Shown in pieces: positions 53,928 through 53,966 of a stretch of DNA of 53,966 bases. The position numbers were made by a program, and so were the translations under genes. The notes beneath the pieces are model-generated. The model was not told where the DNA came from. It made no database searches and worked only from the letters and a program-made list of their open reading frames with translations. The DNA comes from Nanobdellota archaeon (GTDB taxonomy: Archaea; Nanobdellota; Nanobdellia; CSSed11-243R1), in assembly GCA_021163365.1 (NCBI GenBank), contig JAGGWW010000012.1, positions 1-53,966 of the forward strand, written 5' to 3'. How positions within the stretch are numbered: the stretch's first letter is position 1; every line of letters begins with the position of its first letter.

Positions 53928-53966
53928 ATGTCTAGAAGTCTTTCTTTAAAAGGTGGTTATCGGAAC
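53928..53966 (+). CDS. 5' end of an unidentified gene running off the right edge
   Basis: The ATG is preceded by GGAGGTGA at 7-nt spacing. Only MSRSLSLKGGYRN is visible. Confidence 0.3.
   Translation, partial: MSRSLSLKGGYRN

Overview
This is an AT-rich, gene-dense archaeal chromosomal segment. Archaea-specific markers are present throughout: ribosomal proteins L10e, L15e and L40e, NAC, TFE, GatD/GatE, class I LysRS, Elp3, an NreA-like protein, an archaeal-type SRP RNA and BHB-type tRNA introns. The small genes, many lysine/glutamate-rich hypothetical proteins and patchy metabolism (purM, pyrBI and ppsA only) suggest a DPANN-like archaeon, but that placement is inference. Most of the window is housekeeping. 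It also holds three toxin-antitoxin-like pairs (RHH-RelE, MNT-HEPN, HTH-PIN) and a glycosyltransferase/PIG-L/PAP2 envelope operon. The most unusual content is RNA-level. A tRNA-Thr(GGU) gene is interrupted three times (D-loop, 37/38, 59/60). A tRNA-Gln(UUG) gene carries a 59/60 T-loop intron. The non-canonical introns are visibly related to one another, and the two T-loop introns fold by eye into near-perfect BHB motifs. Other notable points: a four-CBS protein with a C-terminal HPF/RaiA-like domain whose stop codon overlaps tRNA-Gln; a pyrB with no ATG/GTG/TTG start; a 5'-truncated purB remnant; a roughly 200-nt GC-rich multi-hairpin element between ftsZ and a SWIM-finger gene; and palindromic operator arrays. 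No CRISPR array, transposase, integrase or reverse transcriptase was recognised. All protein calls rest on motif recognition by eye, because no database search, HMM or covariance model could be run.
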